From Minisyncoccia bacterium (GTDB taxonomy: Bacteria > Patescibacteriota > Minisyncoccia > 2-02-FULL-40-12 > IGHO2-01-FULL-4-A), in contig JBEKBN010000002.1 of assembly GCA_050015375.1 (NCBI GenBank), positions 8,339 to 72,338 of the forward strand: 64,000 nt of DNA. Direction: 5' to 3'. This document shows, one piece after another, positions 27,444 to 37,295 of this stretch. Both the position numbers and the translations under genes were made by a program. Each line of letters opens with the position of its first letter. Position 1 is the stretch's first letter. The notes under the pieces were generated by a model. The model was given only the letters and a program-made list of their open reading frames with translations. It did no database searches and was not told the origin of the DNA.

Positions 27444-28250
27444 TTAGTAGCCCGGGTTCATCGTTTTGGTTGGAGTGGGAGAGGCGGTCGGGCTTGCGCT
27501 GGCAGTCGGACTCGCCGAAGTTGATACGGACGGGCTGGGAGACGGGATAACGACAGTTATTTTGGTGATAACATCGCCCTGTTTTATCAATTTGACGACG
27601 TTCATGCCCTTGACGACCTTGCCGAAGACGGTGTGCTTGCCATTCAACTGGGGTTGGTCTTTGGTGGTGACAATGAAAAATTGGCTGCCGTTGGTGTTCG
27701 GGCCGGAATTTGCCATGGCGATGACGCCGACCTTCACCGGCATTGAAACCAAAGTGAAATCATAGGTATAGCCCTGGGCTTCAAGAGCCGAGATTTCATC
27801 ATCGGTCAGGCCTTGGGCTTTCGGATTGATCTCATCGGCAAACGAATAACCGGGACCGCCGGTGCCGACATTGGGATCGTTGGTTTTCGATAGCGGGTCG
27901 CCGCCTTGGATAACGAAATCGGCAACCACCCGGTGGAATTTCGTGCTGTCATAAAATCCTTTTTGGACCAAGGTGACGAAATTACCGACGGTCTGCGGAG
28001 CGATCTGAGGATACAACTCAAGAACAATATTACCCCTGGCGGTCACTATTGTTGCCGAAACTGTTGAGACATAGCTAGGAAGTAACGAAAATGGTAGCGA
28101 CGGGGTCGGCGTTGGCGTTGGCACCGGTGTTTCGGTCGCTGTCGGACTCGGGCTCACGGCAACTTGAACCGGTTTAGACGCACTTTTATAAATGAAATAT
28201 CCGCCGACCAGAACCACCAACACGATGAATATCACTAAAATTATTTTCAT
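27444..28250 (-). CDS. Cyclophilin-type peptidyl-prolyl isomerase, membrane-anchored, with Pro/Ser/Thr linkers
   Basis: FHRVVADFVIQGGDP, GTGGPGY, AMANSGPNTNGSQFFI, HTVFGKV. Confidence 0.93.
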   Translation of the reverse strand: MKIILVIFIVLVVLVGGYFIYKSASKPVQVAVSPSPTATETPVPTPTPTPSLPFSLLPSYVSTVSATIVTARGNIVLELYPQIAPQTVGNFVTLVQKGFYDSTKFHRVVADFVIQGGDPLSKTNDPNVGTGGPGYSFADEINPKAQGLTDDEISALEAQGYTYDFTLVSMPVKVGVIAMANSGPNTNGSQFFIVTTKDQPQLNGKHTVFGKVVKGMNVVKLIKQGDVITKITVVIPSPSPSVSTSASPTASASPTASPTPTKTMNPGY

Positions 28251-28398
28251 TTTTCTTTTAATTCCGTCTTCGGTAGCTTTTGTTGTTCAACCAAAGCTAT
28301 TTTGGACGGGATTTGTTCGCCTCCAATCTAACAAACAAATTTTTTATTGTGAACTTGCGAAGTTTTTTAAATTGTGTTTTCGCTGAAACCCCAGTTTC

Positions 28399-28806
28399 TC
28401 AGGCAATAGTTCCCGACTCGAGTTCGGCCAAAATATCGTCCGGAATCGGAATTTTTTTGCCAATAGGACTTTCGCCAGGATACCGCCAAGCAGAGATGAT
28501 GCGCTTCTTATTTGAATCAATTTGAAAATTGAGGTTTTGAATTTCGGATTTGTCGGTCGGCCTTTGGCCGACCGATTGATACATCACCCAAATTTCCTCA
28601 ACCTTTTTTCCTTCTTTGCCTTTGGCTCGCGAGATGGATTTTCGGCTTTGCATCACCGCGACTGTTTTTGGCGCCACGCCTTCTTCCACCCGATTCGGAA
28701 ATCTGACCACTCGTTTCACCAAACTCGGCGACAAACGATAATACATCATCTTCTCTTTAACATGATTCGTCCACTGATATTTCGAATCGTCTTTTATTTC
28801 AAACAT
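28399..28806 (-). CDS. Conserved hypothetical protein
   Basis: Likely start MFEIK at 28806; WTNHVKEKM..RVEEGVAP..EIWVMY..IISAWRYPG. Confidence 0.65.
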   Translation of the reverse strand: MFEIKDDSKYQWTNHVKEKMMYYRLSPSLVKRVVRFPNRVEEGVAPKTVAVMQSRKSISRAKGKEGKKVEEIWVMYQSVGQRPTDKSEIQNLNFQIDSNKKRIISAWRYPGESPIGKKIPIPDDILAELESGTIA

Positions 28807-28807
28807 A

Positions 28808-29353
28808 TTATAACCCAAGTTCATTGGAAATATTCTGCATCGCGTGAAGACCGATTTCGCAGAATTTTTCCAGATCAATATCAAGGAGTTCCTTGCACTT
28901 GCCGATGATTTCGCGTTTGGCACCTTTGGCAAATGATTTTTCGTGAAAACGGTTGACAATATTTTTTGGTTCAAGAAGCGCAAGTTTTTTTGACGGTAAA
29001 ACCAGCGCCGCCGCGGTAATCAATCCGCTCAATGGATCGGTCACAAACAACGCTTTCTCTATCAATGTCACCGGCGCGATGCCATGACTTTCATTGTGGA
29101 CCTTCACCGCTTGGCAAATGTCGGCCGGGTAGCCGTTTTGAGCAAGCAATTCCGCGCCAACCAGCGAGTGCTTTTCCGGCTCCGGTTTTGTAATGTCAAC
29201 ATCAATATCGTGCAAAAGTCCAGCCGTCCCCCATTTTTCTTTGTTCTCTCCGAACTCAACCGCCAGCGATTCCATTATCGCCTTTACCGCCAGGCAGTGC
29301 TTAATCAGATTCTGATTCTGCAAATGTTTTTTGAGAAATTCCAGATCGTTCAT
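28808..29353 (-). CDS. HD (HDIG) domain metal-dependent phosphohydrolase
   Basis: KHCLAV, GLLHDID, KHS, VHN, KSFAKGAKRE. Confidence 0.88.
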   Translation of the reverse strand: MNDLEFLKKHLQNQNLIKHCLAVKAIMESLAVEFGENKEKWGTAGLLHDIDVDITKPEPEKHSLVGAELLAQNGYPADICQAVKVHNESHGIAPVTLIEKALFVTDPLSGLITAAALVLPSKKLALLEPKNIVNRFHEKSFAKGAKREIIGKCKELLDIDLEKFCEIGLHAMQNISNELGL

Positions 29354-29356
29354 TTT

Positions 29357-29794
29357 TTATTTTTCTATCTTAATATATTTCTCGCCAGTTTTGTAGGCCC
29401 GAAAAGATAATTTGCAAAATTCGAATAATGGCTCGGGTAATTTATCCAAATCATACCATTTCCAATCCTCGGAAACTTTGTTTGGTTCCATTATTTTCGG
29501 TTCTCCGCTTTTCCATTCCGCAGTAAGTCCGATGTGAATATAATGTTTAGGCGCGTATTTCGTGACGTTCGTCACATACTGAAAATTAATGTTTTTTATC
29601 TCAATCCCGCATTCCTCTCTGACTTCACGGATCGCGCAATCCTCGAACGATTCCATATATTCCAAATGTCCGCCCGGAAAAGAATACTCGCCTTCCCCGT
29701 GCGACCCATGCCGCTTCGTTAAAAGCACTTTTCCGTTTTTCATTATCATCACCCCGACCCCGACTCTAGGTTTTTGCTCGCTATTATTTTTCAT
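29357..29794 (-). CDS. NUDIX hydrolase (NUDT15/MTH2-like)
   Basis: PRVGVGV; Nudix box GGHLEYMESFEDCAIREVREECG; EPNK. Confidence 0.9.
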   Translation of the reverse strand: MKNNSEQKPRVGVGVMIMKNGKVLLTKRHGSHGEGEYSFPGGHLEYMESFEDCAIREVREECGIEIKNINFQYVTNVTKYAPKHYIHIGLTAEWKSGEPKIMEPNKVSEDWKWYDLDKLPEPLFEFCKLSFRAYKTGEKYIKIEK

Positions 29795-30150
29795 TTTAAT
29801 TCCATAACGACTAAACCATGTTTTTTAATTTTTTCTTGGTAATCCTGAAATGAGTAATACATATCACGAAGCTGGTCTTCGGTTTTACATCGCGGATTGA
29901 TTTCAGCCGGTTTGTATTTCTTTACCAGTGCTCTGATCGTTTTGAATTTTTCGACTTTTTTTATTTCTTTTTCAAATTTATCACTTCCGCACGAAAAAAC
30001 AACTTTAGTTCCAACGCTGATGTCCGAATATCTTTCGGTCCCAGCCCGGGTCTCGACTTTTTTCTTCCCCGACCTTATCGCCTCGAAAATGTCCCGGTCC
30101 GTCTCCCGAAGTTTTAAAATTATAATTTTATTCATCGACATTTTACGCAA
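29791..30150 (-). CDS. ASCH/PUA-like domain protein
   Basis: FEAIRSGKKKVETR is the ASCH GxKxxExR motif. Confidence 0.8.
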   Translation of the reverse strand: MRKMSMNKIIILKLRETDRDIFEAIRSGKKKVETRAGTERYSDISVGTKVVFSCGSDKFEKEIKKVEKFKTIRALVKKYKPAEINPRCKTEDQLRDMYYSFQDYQEKIKKHGLVVMELK

Positions 30151-30264
30151 TTACCCGGCTTATTATTCCCACTTAATATTTAAAGACTAGGAGGTATGCT
30201 ATTGACTGCCAATATTAATCATACTAACATCTTTTTAGCAACATTTTTACAACGGGAGAATGTT

Positions 30265-30519
30265 ATGTCCACAGTAAAAAGTGAGGTGGAATCGAAAGAT
30301 CCACAGAATCTTGTAAAACGGTTACATCCTGAAGCGTTTTCATACGACGACGGTGAAAAGGTCTTTATTTTGGATCAAACAATTGTCACGGAAAAATGTC
30401 CCACTTGCGGCCAAGATTGGACACACAAGATTGACAGCATAAACGGAAAAGTACTTGGTTCCGGCGGTGATAGTTCACAGGCGTGGAAATCTGCCGCTCA
30501 AAATCTTGGATTAGTTTAA
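30265..30519 (+). CDS. Small hypothetical protein (CPTCG)
   Basis: Start MSTVK after GGGAG; hairpin-like sequence downstream. Confidence 0.55.
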   Translation: MSTVKSEVESKDPQNLVKRLHPEAFSYDDGEKVFILDQTIVTEKCPTCGQDWTHKIDSINGKVLGSGGDSSQAWKSAAQNLGLV

Positions 30520-30602
30520 TCGTTCCTTTGTTGTTTCCTTGTTGATTACAAAGTCCGCTCGACGGGCTTTTTTATTTAACTTCCCATGGCACTTTTTGAA
30601 TT

Positions 30603-31010
30603 TTATATAACGTTTTGCAAAAACTCTTTTAATTTTGGCACTATAACCCTCTGGCCAAAACCTAATTGTAAATTTTCTATTTTGTCTATTTCCATCCACT
30701 TCATATCTGCGCCTTCATTTAGCACAGGGTTTTGGTCCTGATATAATTTACATATATATACCTTGGCGCTAACATCATATGGTAAATCATAAACCATTAA
30801 TTCGACGCAGTCGGTTATTTTGATTTCTAAATTATATTCTTCTTTCGCCTCACGAATAACAGTTGCCAGCGAATCCTCGTCGGGCTCTATTGTGCCGCCA
30901 GGAAAACACCACATGTTAGCGTATCTTTTTGAATTTAAATCTCGGAGTTGCATCAATGCTTTCCCAGATGAATTTAGAATAATGAACGTCACTCCGGTTA
31001 TTCTATTCAT
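30603..31010 (-). CDS. NUDIX hydrolase
   Basis: WCFPGGTIEPDEDSLATVIREAKEEY. Confidence 0.85.
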   Translation of the reverse strand: MNRITGVTFIILNSSGKALMQLRDLNSKRYANMWCFPGGTIEPDEDSLATVIREAKEEYNLEIKITDCVELMVYDLPYDVSAKVYICKLYQDQNPVLNEGADMKWMEIDKIENLQLGFGQRVIVPKLKEFLQNVI

Positions 31011-31041
31011 ATTTTATTTCCCACGGCATTTTTTGTATTAT

Positions 31042-31719
31042 TTACTCTTTTTCAATTTCTTCTAAAATGATATCGCGAACGTGTTTGTTAAATAAAATTT
31101 TGTGGTGGCCGTAAACATTAACTTGAATATTTTTTGCCCCTTCCAGTCGGCAATTTCCTGTCGGCCAAATATGATTATCGAATTCCCCAAAAATAGAAAC
31201 TATTTTATGGTTCACCTCGCTTTGGGAATGTAATTTTTTTATTATCTCGCCTTCCGGATGAAGTTCCTTAAACGCTTTGCCCGGTAGAAACCTTACCGCA
31301 TGACTTCCCAGAAACGGCGTTGCAATAGCAATCACTTTCGTCACCCGTCCGTCCTGGTTGTCATAAGCAAGTAAGTGTTTAGCAATTAAGCCGCCCTTGC
31401 TGTGGGCAATTATGATCACATTTCGCAGATTTTTTTCGTCAATTAACTCGCGTATCAATTTTGCAGAACGATCGATTGCTTTCGTGTTATAACCAAGACG
31501 CCCTACCACATAAACCGGATGACCCTTCAAAGAAATCGGATCAGCAATTGCTTTTAAAAACTGCCATTTTGAATATAAGCCCGGAATAAGAATTACTGGC
31601 GATTTATTCTCTAAAACATAGCTAAGGTAATGCTTGGGCGGTTTATGGAACATAAAAGTATAGCCCTTTGCTAAATAAAAGTAATCGTGTACCCAACTTG
31701 CAGTTTTTTTAATAGACAT
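31042..31719 (-). CDS. Alpha/beta hydrolase (lipase/esterase-like)
   Basis: PVILIPGL, AHSKGG nucleophile elbow, IATPFLGS, GHH. Start MSIKK chosen to avoid overlap with secA. Confidence 0.82.
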   Translation of the reverse strand: MSIKKTASWVHDYFYLAKGYTFMFHKPPKHYLSYVLENKSPVILIPGLYSKWQFLKAIADPISLKGHPVYVVGRLGYNTKAIDRSAKLIRELIDEKNLRNVIIIAHSKGGLIAKHLLAYDNQDGRVTKVIAIATPFLGSHAVRFLPGKAFKELHPEGEIIKKLHSQSEVNHKIVSIFGEFDNHIWPTGNCRLEGAKNIQVNVYGHHKILFNKHVRDIILEEIEKE

Positions 31720-31724
31720 GGATT

Positions 31725-34535
31725 TTATTTCCTGTGATACGGGGCATTTATCAACCCGCATTTTTTCCATTTGCGGCCGGAACCGCAGGGACAGGGGTCA
31801 TTGCGGCCGGGTTCTTTTTGACCACTTGATATTACGGTTTGATTCTGGTTTTGATTTGCGCGATTCATAACTCCCGATTCTTGATTCGCAATATCCGGTT
31901 TTCTTTCGTCCATAGCAACTTTTCGAACCGGTTGCTGAACGGGACCGATTTTGTAAATAATATTTGCCACTTGATTTCCGATGGCCGATTGGAGTTCGTT
32001 GAATAATTTTTGGCCTTCGATCTTGTATTCGACAAGCGGGTCGCGCTGGCCGTAAGCCCGCAAACGCACCGAGTCGCGAAGATATTCCATTTGTTCAAGA
32101 TGGTCCACCCAAATCTCGTCAATCACCCGCAACATCAGCATCCGCTCAAGATTCCGCATGCCTTCCTCGCCAAGTTGTTTTTCCTTTTCGGCATAAGTCA
32201 AATCGGCGATCTGGGTCAAAAACTCGCGAATTTTTTCCCGGTCATCGGTTTTCGCGACTTCAATTATTTTCCCCATACCGCCATCATCAACCGGAATCAT
32301 CATTTTGAAATCTTCAGCGATTTCTTTGGCATGGTTCCTTTCATCAATTCCTTCGGAAGGCAAATCGAAATGGGAGTTAACGATCTTATCAATATTATCA
32401 TCAATATAGCCAACAATTTTTTCTTTAACATCTTTTGATCCAAGAATTTCATTTCTCAAACCGTAAATCGCCGTCCGATGCTTATTCATGACATCATCGT
32501 ACTCAAGAACGTATTTTCTGATGTCAAAATTATTGCCTTCGACTTTGGTCTGGGCTTGTTCAATGGCGCGGGAGATGAGCCGGTTTTCAATGGCATCGTC
32601 TTCGCCGACGCCAAGGCGTTCCATCAGATTTTTCAAGCGGTCACCGCCAAAAATCCTGATAAGTTCGTCCTCCGCCGAAACGAAAAATTGCGAACTGCCC
32701 GGATCGCCTTGACGGCCGGAACGGCCGCGAAGTTGGTTGTCTATCCGGCGAGCTTCGTGGCGTTCGGTGCCGATGACATGCAAACCGCCCGTCTCGATAA
32801 CTTTTTTCGCTTCGTCCGCCGAAGGCGGATTGCCGCCGAGAATTATATCCACACCCCGGCCGGCCATATTCGTCGCCACGGTCACAGCGCCAACATGACC
32901 CGCTTGGGCGATTATTTCGCCTTCCTGCTCATGGTTTTTGGCATTGAGCACTTTGTGTGGCACGCCTTCATTATTCAAATATGCCGACAAGATCTCATTT
33001 TTGGAAATTGACGTTGTTCCGACAAGTACCGGTTGGCCGCTGTCGTGGCGCTCTTTGACTTCGCGGGCGACGGCTTTCATTTTTCCTTCTTCGGTTTTGT
33101 AGATGCGATCGGCCTCGTCGGCGCGGATCATCGGTTTGTTGGTCGGCACTGAAATCACTTCCAGTTTGTAGACCTTGTGGAATTCCTCGGCCGATGTCTG
33201 GGCGGTACCGGTCATGCCGGCCAATTTGCCGTAAAGACGGAAATAGTTTTGGAAAGTGATCGTCGCCAGCGTTTTTGATTCCTTTTGGACCAAAACATTT
33301 TCTTTGGCTTCGACGGCCTGGTGCAAACCGCCCGACCAGCGTCGTCCGGGCATAAGCCGGCCGGTGAATTCATCAACAATGATAACTTCGCCATTTTTGA
33401 CGACATAATCCTTGTCACGATGGAACAAGATATTGGCTTTGAGCGCTTGCTCCAGCTGGTGGACATAACGCGTCCCGCCTTCTTCATAAATATTTTTAAC
33501 ATTGAGCATTCTTTCGACTTTCTCAATGCCTTTTTCGGTGATGGAAACGGCTTTCAATTTTTCATCAACGGTGTAATCTTCTTCCTTCGTTAGCCGGGGC
33601 GTGATCTTAGAAAATGTCTCGTAAAGCTGGGTTGATTCCATATCCGGAGCCGAAATTATCAAAGGCGTCCGGGCTTCATCGATCAAAATGGAGTCAATTT
33701 CGTCAACGATGGCAAAATTATGTCCTTTGGCTTGCGACTTTTCCAGTGAATTGTAGGCCATGTTATCGCGAAGATAATCAAAACCGTATTCGTTGTTGGT
33801 GCCATAAGTTATATCCGCCAAATACGCTTCACGCCGTGTCACCGGCCGCAAAAACTCATGAATGACGCGAAACCCACCAGTGATGTCTCTCGTTTTATCA
33901 AGTGCGTCTTCCTTCTCGCCAGTTTTTGAATTATGAATCACGAATTCTGAATTATGATCTTTTTCTTCTTGATTCATGATTCCTGATTCATGATTCCTTC
34001 CATGACTTGGGTCGTATAAATACGACGCCTCATGATTCAAAACACCTATGGTCAGTCCGAGCGCGTCATATATCTGCCCCATCCAAACCGCGTCTCTGCG
34101 GGAAAGATAATCGTTGACCGTGACCAGGTGGACGCCAAGGCCTGTGAGCGCGTTCAAATATGCCGGAAGGGTAGCGACAAGGGTTTTGCCTTCTCCGGTT
34201 TTCATTTCAGAAATATTTCCGGCGTGCAAAACCATTCCGCCGATAAGTTGGACGTCAAAGTGCCGCTGACCGAGAGTCCGTTTTGACGCTTCCCTCACTG
34301 CCGCAAAGGCCTCGGGTAAAATATCATCCAATGTTTCACCCCCACCACTCATGTTTGAGTGTGGGGGTGAACCGTCAGATAATCTTTTTTTAAATTCGTC
34401 AGTTTTATTTTTTAATTCCTCGCGTGAAAAAAGCTCGAACTTGGGTTCGAGTTCATTGATAGCCGCCACTTGGTCTTCCAGTTGCCTCACGGCGCGTAAA
34501 TTCGCGTCGCCGAATATTTTTGAAATAAAAGACAT
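31725..34535 (-). CDS. secA: Preprotein translocase ATPase SecA
   Basis: MKTGEGKT, VTVNDYL, DEIDSILIDEARTPLIIS, ATNMAGRGVDI, QLRGRSGRQGDPG, C-terminal GRNDPCPCGSG. Confidence 0.98.
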   Translation of the reverse strand: MSFISKIFGDANLRAVRQLEDQVAAINELEPKFELFSREELKNKTDEFKKRLSDGSPPHSNMSGGGETLDDILPEAFAAVREASKRTLGQRHFDVQLIGGMVLHAGNISEMKTGEGKTLVATLPAYLNALTGLGVHLVTVNDYLSRRDAVWMGQIYDALGLTIGVLNHEASYLYDPSHGRNHESGIMNQEEKDHNSEFVIHNSKTGEKEDALDKTRDITGGFRVIHEFLRPVTRREAYLADITYGTNNEYGFDYLRDNMAYNSLEKSQAKGHNFAIVDEIDSILIDEARTPLIISAPDMESTQLYETFSKITPRLTKEEDYTVDEKLKAVSITEKGIEKVERMLNVKNIYEEGGTRYVHQLEQALKANILFHRDKDYVVKNGEVIIVDEFTGRLMPGRRWSGGLHQAVEAKENVLVQKESKTLATITFQNYFRLYGKLAGMTGTAQTSAEEFHKVYKLEVISVPTNKPMIRADEADRIYKTEEGKMKAVAREVKERHDSGQPVLVGTTSISKNEILSAYLNNEGVPHKVLNAKNHEQEGEIIAQAGHVGAVTVATNMAGRGVDIILGGNPPSADEAKKVIETGGLHVIGTERHEARRIDNQLRGRSGRQGDPGSSQFFVSAEDELIRIFGGDRLKNLMERLGVGEDDAIENRLISRAIEQAQTKVEGNNFDIRKYVLEYDDVMNKHRTAIYGLRNEILGSKDVKEKIVGYIDDNIDKIVNSHFDLPSEGIDERNHAKEIAEDFKMMIPVDDGGMGKIIEVAKTDDREKIREFLTQIADLTYAEKEKQLGEEGMRNLERMLMLRVIDEIWVDHLEQMEYLRDSVRLRAYGQRDPLVEYKIEGQKLFNELQSAIGNQVANIIYKIGPVQQPVRKVAMDERKPDIANQESGVMNRANQNQNQTVISSGQKEPGRNDPCPCGSGRKWKKCGLINAPYHRK
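34335..34371. repeat. Palindromic repeat inserted in-frame in secA
   Basis: TTCACCCCCACCACTCATGTTTGAGTGTGGGGGTGAA encodes SPPHSNMSGGG before ETLDD. Confidence 0.75.
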
Positions 34536-34539
34536 CTAT

Positions 34540-34902
34540 TTAACTTCTCCTTTCTTTTTCAGACCTTTTTTCTTTGAACTTTTTTATTTGTCTTTCGATC
34601 TCGTCGCGAACACGGTCAATGGCAACATGCGGATCGTTGTGTTCATAAGTTGCCCGCATCAAATTTTTTCCCATTTTCAAATTCACCTCAGCGTAGAAAA
34701 CATCACCCTCGTGATGATGCCGCGACGGCCGGCTGACCTCGACCCGAGCTTCGATGAGATCTTTATTCGGCTTGCCCTCACACTCAAGATTTGAGTGTGA
34801 GGGTGAACTCAAAAACTTTGCGATCGACCCAATCTTCTCATCAACATAATCCCTTATCGCCGGCGTCAACTCTAAATTCTTCGCGTGAAGTATGATTTTC
34901 AT
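34540..34902 (-). CDS. hpf: Ribosome hibernation promoting factor (short HPF/RaiA)
   Basis: KNLELTPAIRDYVDEKI..AEVNL..AIDRVRDEIERQIKKFKEK; located upstream of secA. Confidence 0.9.
   Translation of the reverse strand: MKIILHAKNLELTPAIRDYVDEKIGSIAKFLSSPSHSNLECEGKPNKDLIEARVEVSRPSRHHHEGDVFYAEVNLKMGKNLMRATYEHNDPHVAIDRVRDEIERQIKKFKEKRSEKERRS
34772..34807. repeat. Palindromic repeat inserted in-frame in hpf
   Basis: TTGCCCTCACACTCAAGATTTGAGTGTGAGGGTGAA encodes SPSHSNLECEG. Confidence 0.75.
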
Positions 34903-35030
34903 AAGGTTATTTTAGCATAATATTTAGCGAGTGCCAACCTCTAGAAATTACATGACTTGACTATACATCATCCCCGTGGTATCTTGCAATCAGCACCTAA
35001 ACAACCTACAACCCGCTTATCCATCGTGGA

Positions 35031-35399
35031 ATGACGGGAAGAGAAGTGAGAAGGAGTTACGAAATGGCCAATATCATTGTTCGCCAGACGGAATATGGTT
35101 GTCCTTTGTGTTCGACAAATCACAGCTCTAGGTCAAAAGCCGAATCTTGCCGGGACAAACACGAACAGGTTTTAAAAGAAGTATTGCCGAAGTACGAGGT
35201 AGGCAAGCATGTAAAAGCGTATTATTTTAAAGATGTCCGTCGCGAAAGAGTAGTAACCGTTATTGTTAAAATCAGTGGTTCATTGTTCGAGATGCAATTA
35301 CTTCTCGAATCTGAAAACGGGGAACGTTGGTGGAACGAAGCCGTCGAGTACCAAACAATCAATCCTGAAAATTTCTATTGTCTCCCAGTAGTTGATTAG
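35031..35399 (+). CDS. Hypothetical protein with C2-H/C zinc-finger-like N-terminus
   Basis: YGCPLCSTNHSSRSKAESCRDKH; AAGGAG SD before MANII; terminator-like hairpin after. Confidence 0.6.
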   Translation: MTGREVRRSYEMANIIVRQTEYGCPLCSTNHSSRSKAESCRDKHEQVLKEVLPKYEVGKHVKAYYFKDVRRERVVTVIVKISGSLFEMQLLLESENGERWWNEAVEYQTINPENFYCLPVVD

Positions 35400-35434
35400 G
35401 TCAGAGCCCCGCGTGTACTAAATTCGCGGGGTTT

Positions 35435-36340
35435 TTATTTTAGCATCTTCAATCCTTCTTCCAGAGAAATCGTGGGTTTCCAGCCGAGGAGTTCTCGAGC
35501 TTTGGAATTATCGGCGAGGGTTCTGCGGGTTTCGCCGGGCCGAGCCGGAATATTAACTGCACCTGTTGGTTTTTTCGACAATCCCAGGATCATTTCAGCA
35601 ACTTTGTTGACGGAATAATTTTTGCCGGTGCCGATATTTATCAGTTCGCCTTGGCCGATTTTGTCGGACTTTGCCGCCAGGATATTGGCCCGGACGATAT
35701 CATTGATATGCGTAAAATCTCTCTCGCCCTTGCCGTCGCCGACAATGGTTAAGGATTTGCCGGCGCGGATTTGGTCAAGAAAAATTCCGATGACCGTGGC
35801 ATAAGCACCGGTTAAAAGTTGTCTCGAGCCGTAAACATTGAAATACCGCAAGGAAACGGTTTTAAGTCCGTAAAGATTTGAGAAGAGCCGGCATAACTCT
35901 TCGCCCACATATTTTGACAAAGAATAAGGGCTCTTGAATCGAGGCGACATTTTTTCATGAAGCGGCAAAGTTTGCTGGTCGCCATACGATGAAGACGAGG
36001 CGGAATAAATGACTCTTTTCACCTTGGCGTCGCGGGCGGCCAGTAAAACATTGAGCGTGCCTATAATATTATTATAAATAGTCGGCACTGGATCTTTTAT
36101 CGAGGGTTGGATTCTGGCGATCGCTGCTAAATGGAAAACCCAATCAATATTTTTGAAATATGGTTTTATCTTTTTCGGCTCGCAAATGTCGGCTCTGACA
36201 AATTTGGCTTTTCTATTGACCTGCGACTTTTTACCGGTAAAAAGATTATCAATCACTGTCACTTGGTGGCCTTCCGCGATCAGCGCGTCAACTAAATTCG
36301 AACCGATGAACCCGGCCCCGCCGGTGACCAAAACTTTCAT
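35435..36340 (-). CDS. NAD-dependent epimerase/dehydratase (extended SDR)
   Basis: MKVLVTGGAGFIGS, YxxxK (YSLSK), LRYFNVYG, RDFTHI. Confidence 0.92.
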   Translation of the reverse strand: MKVLVTGGAGFIGSNLVDALIAEGHQVTVIDNLFTGKKSQVNRKAKFVRADICEPKKIKPYFKNIDWVFHLAAIARIQPSIKDPVPTIYNNIIGTLNVLLAARDAKVKRVIYSASSSSYGDQQTLPLHEKMSPRFKSPYSLSKYVGEELCRLFSNLYGLKTVSLRYFNVYGSRQLLTGAYATVIGIFLDQIRAGKSLTIVGDGKGERDFTHINDIVRANILAAKSDKIGQGELINIGTGKNYSVNKVAEMILGLSKKPTGAVNIPARPGETRRTLADNSKARELLGWKPTISLEEGLKMLK

Positions 36341-36450
36341 CTCTTTTGCTTTATTTTTCACAAGTTCTAATCTATCACAATATTGCCATATCGTCCAAAA
36401 CAAATCCGAATAACCAGATCGCCGGAAACTTTTATTAAAAAAACCGGTTT

Positions 36451-37212
36451 TTAATTCCGGCTTGTTTCATTGGAAATTGCTAACAAATGCCATGCGTTTT
36501 CGTATTGCCAAAAATCAATGGCGGGTTCGTTGTTATTATATACCGGCCGTTTAATAATTGGTAGATAGAACCTCTTTTCGGCTTGACCTGGTTTGAACTG
36601 ATCCAGCAAGACCGAAGTCGGGACTACAAATGCGGTTTTGCTGAAACCGATGCTACTTAAACTAATTATCAAAAAATCTTCCTCTTTCAATGTCTTAAGT
36701 TGGGTGGTAAGTCGGCCATAAACATTAGTACAATCCTTGCGTGTAGGAAATGCTCCATTTATAACTCGGATGGAACAAATCCTTCCGTTGATTTGTAAAG
36801 AACGGCGTTTGAGTCCAGCTACAGAGCCCTTTCGTCTTCTGATAGGGATTAATTTTATTTCGTAGTTATACGGGCTGACTCTCGTGATAATATCCTTTTG
36901 AACATCGCTCAACATTTCCGCTGATGATTCCTCAATTCTAGAATACCATTTTTTAATTGCGCACATCCTTTGTCTCGTATGGCCATCGGGGCGACGTGGA
37001 ATCAGTTCGGCAAAATACTTCATGTATATTTGGCGTATATTTTCCCATGTAACACCGGTCATTTCACCGATATCGGTAAAAGTGAGACAATCTTGTCTAA
37101 ACCATGCCAGCCATTGTTCAAAAGGATAACGATCCAAAACCGAACCCTTGTTGTGGCGAGAGAAGCGTTTTATCGCATCTCGTAGAACCAGACAATCTAC
37201 CATTATCGGCAT
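36451..37212 (-). CDS. Hypothetical protein with N-terminal HTH
   Basis: LTFTDIGEMTGVTWENIRQIY HTH-like segment; C-terminal YENAWHLL; AAGGGAG SD. Confidence 0.6.
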   Translation of the reverse strand: MPIMVDCLVLRDAIKRFSRHNKGSVLDRYPFEQWLAWFRQDCLTFTDIGEMTGVTWENIRQIYMKYFAELIPRRPDGHTRQRMCAIKKWYSRIEESSAEMLSDVQKDIITRVSPYNYEIKLIPIRRRKGSVAGLKRRSLQINGRICSIRVINGAFPTRKDCTNVYGRLTTQLKTLKEEDFLIISLSSIGFSKTAFVVPTSVLLDQFKPGQAEKRFYLPIIKRPVYNNNEPAIDFWQYENAWHLLAISNETSRN

Positions 37213-37295
37213 GAATTCTCCCTTTTTTCAAATTTTAATGAACGAAACGGGCTTTGGTGATACTTTAACACACCAGCGCGATTAATCAAGCCCAG

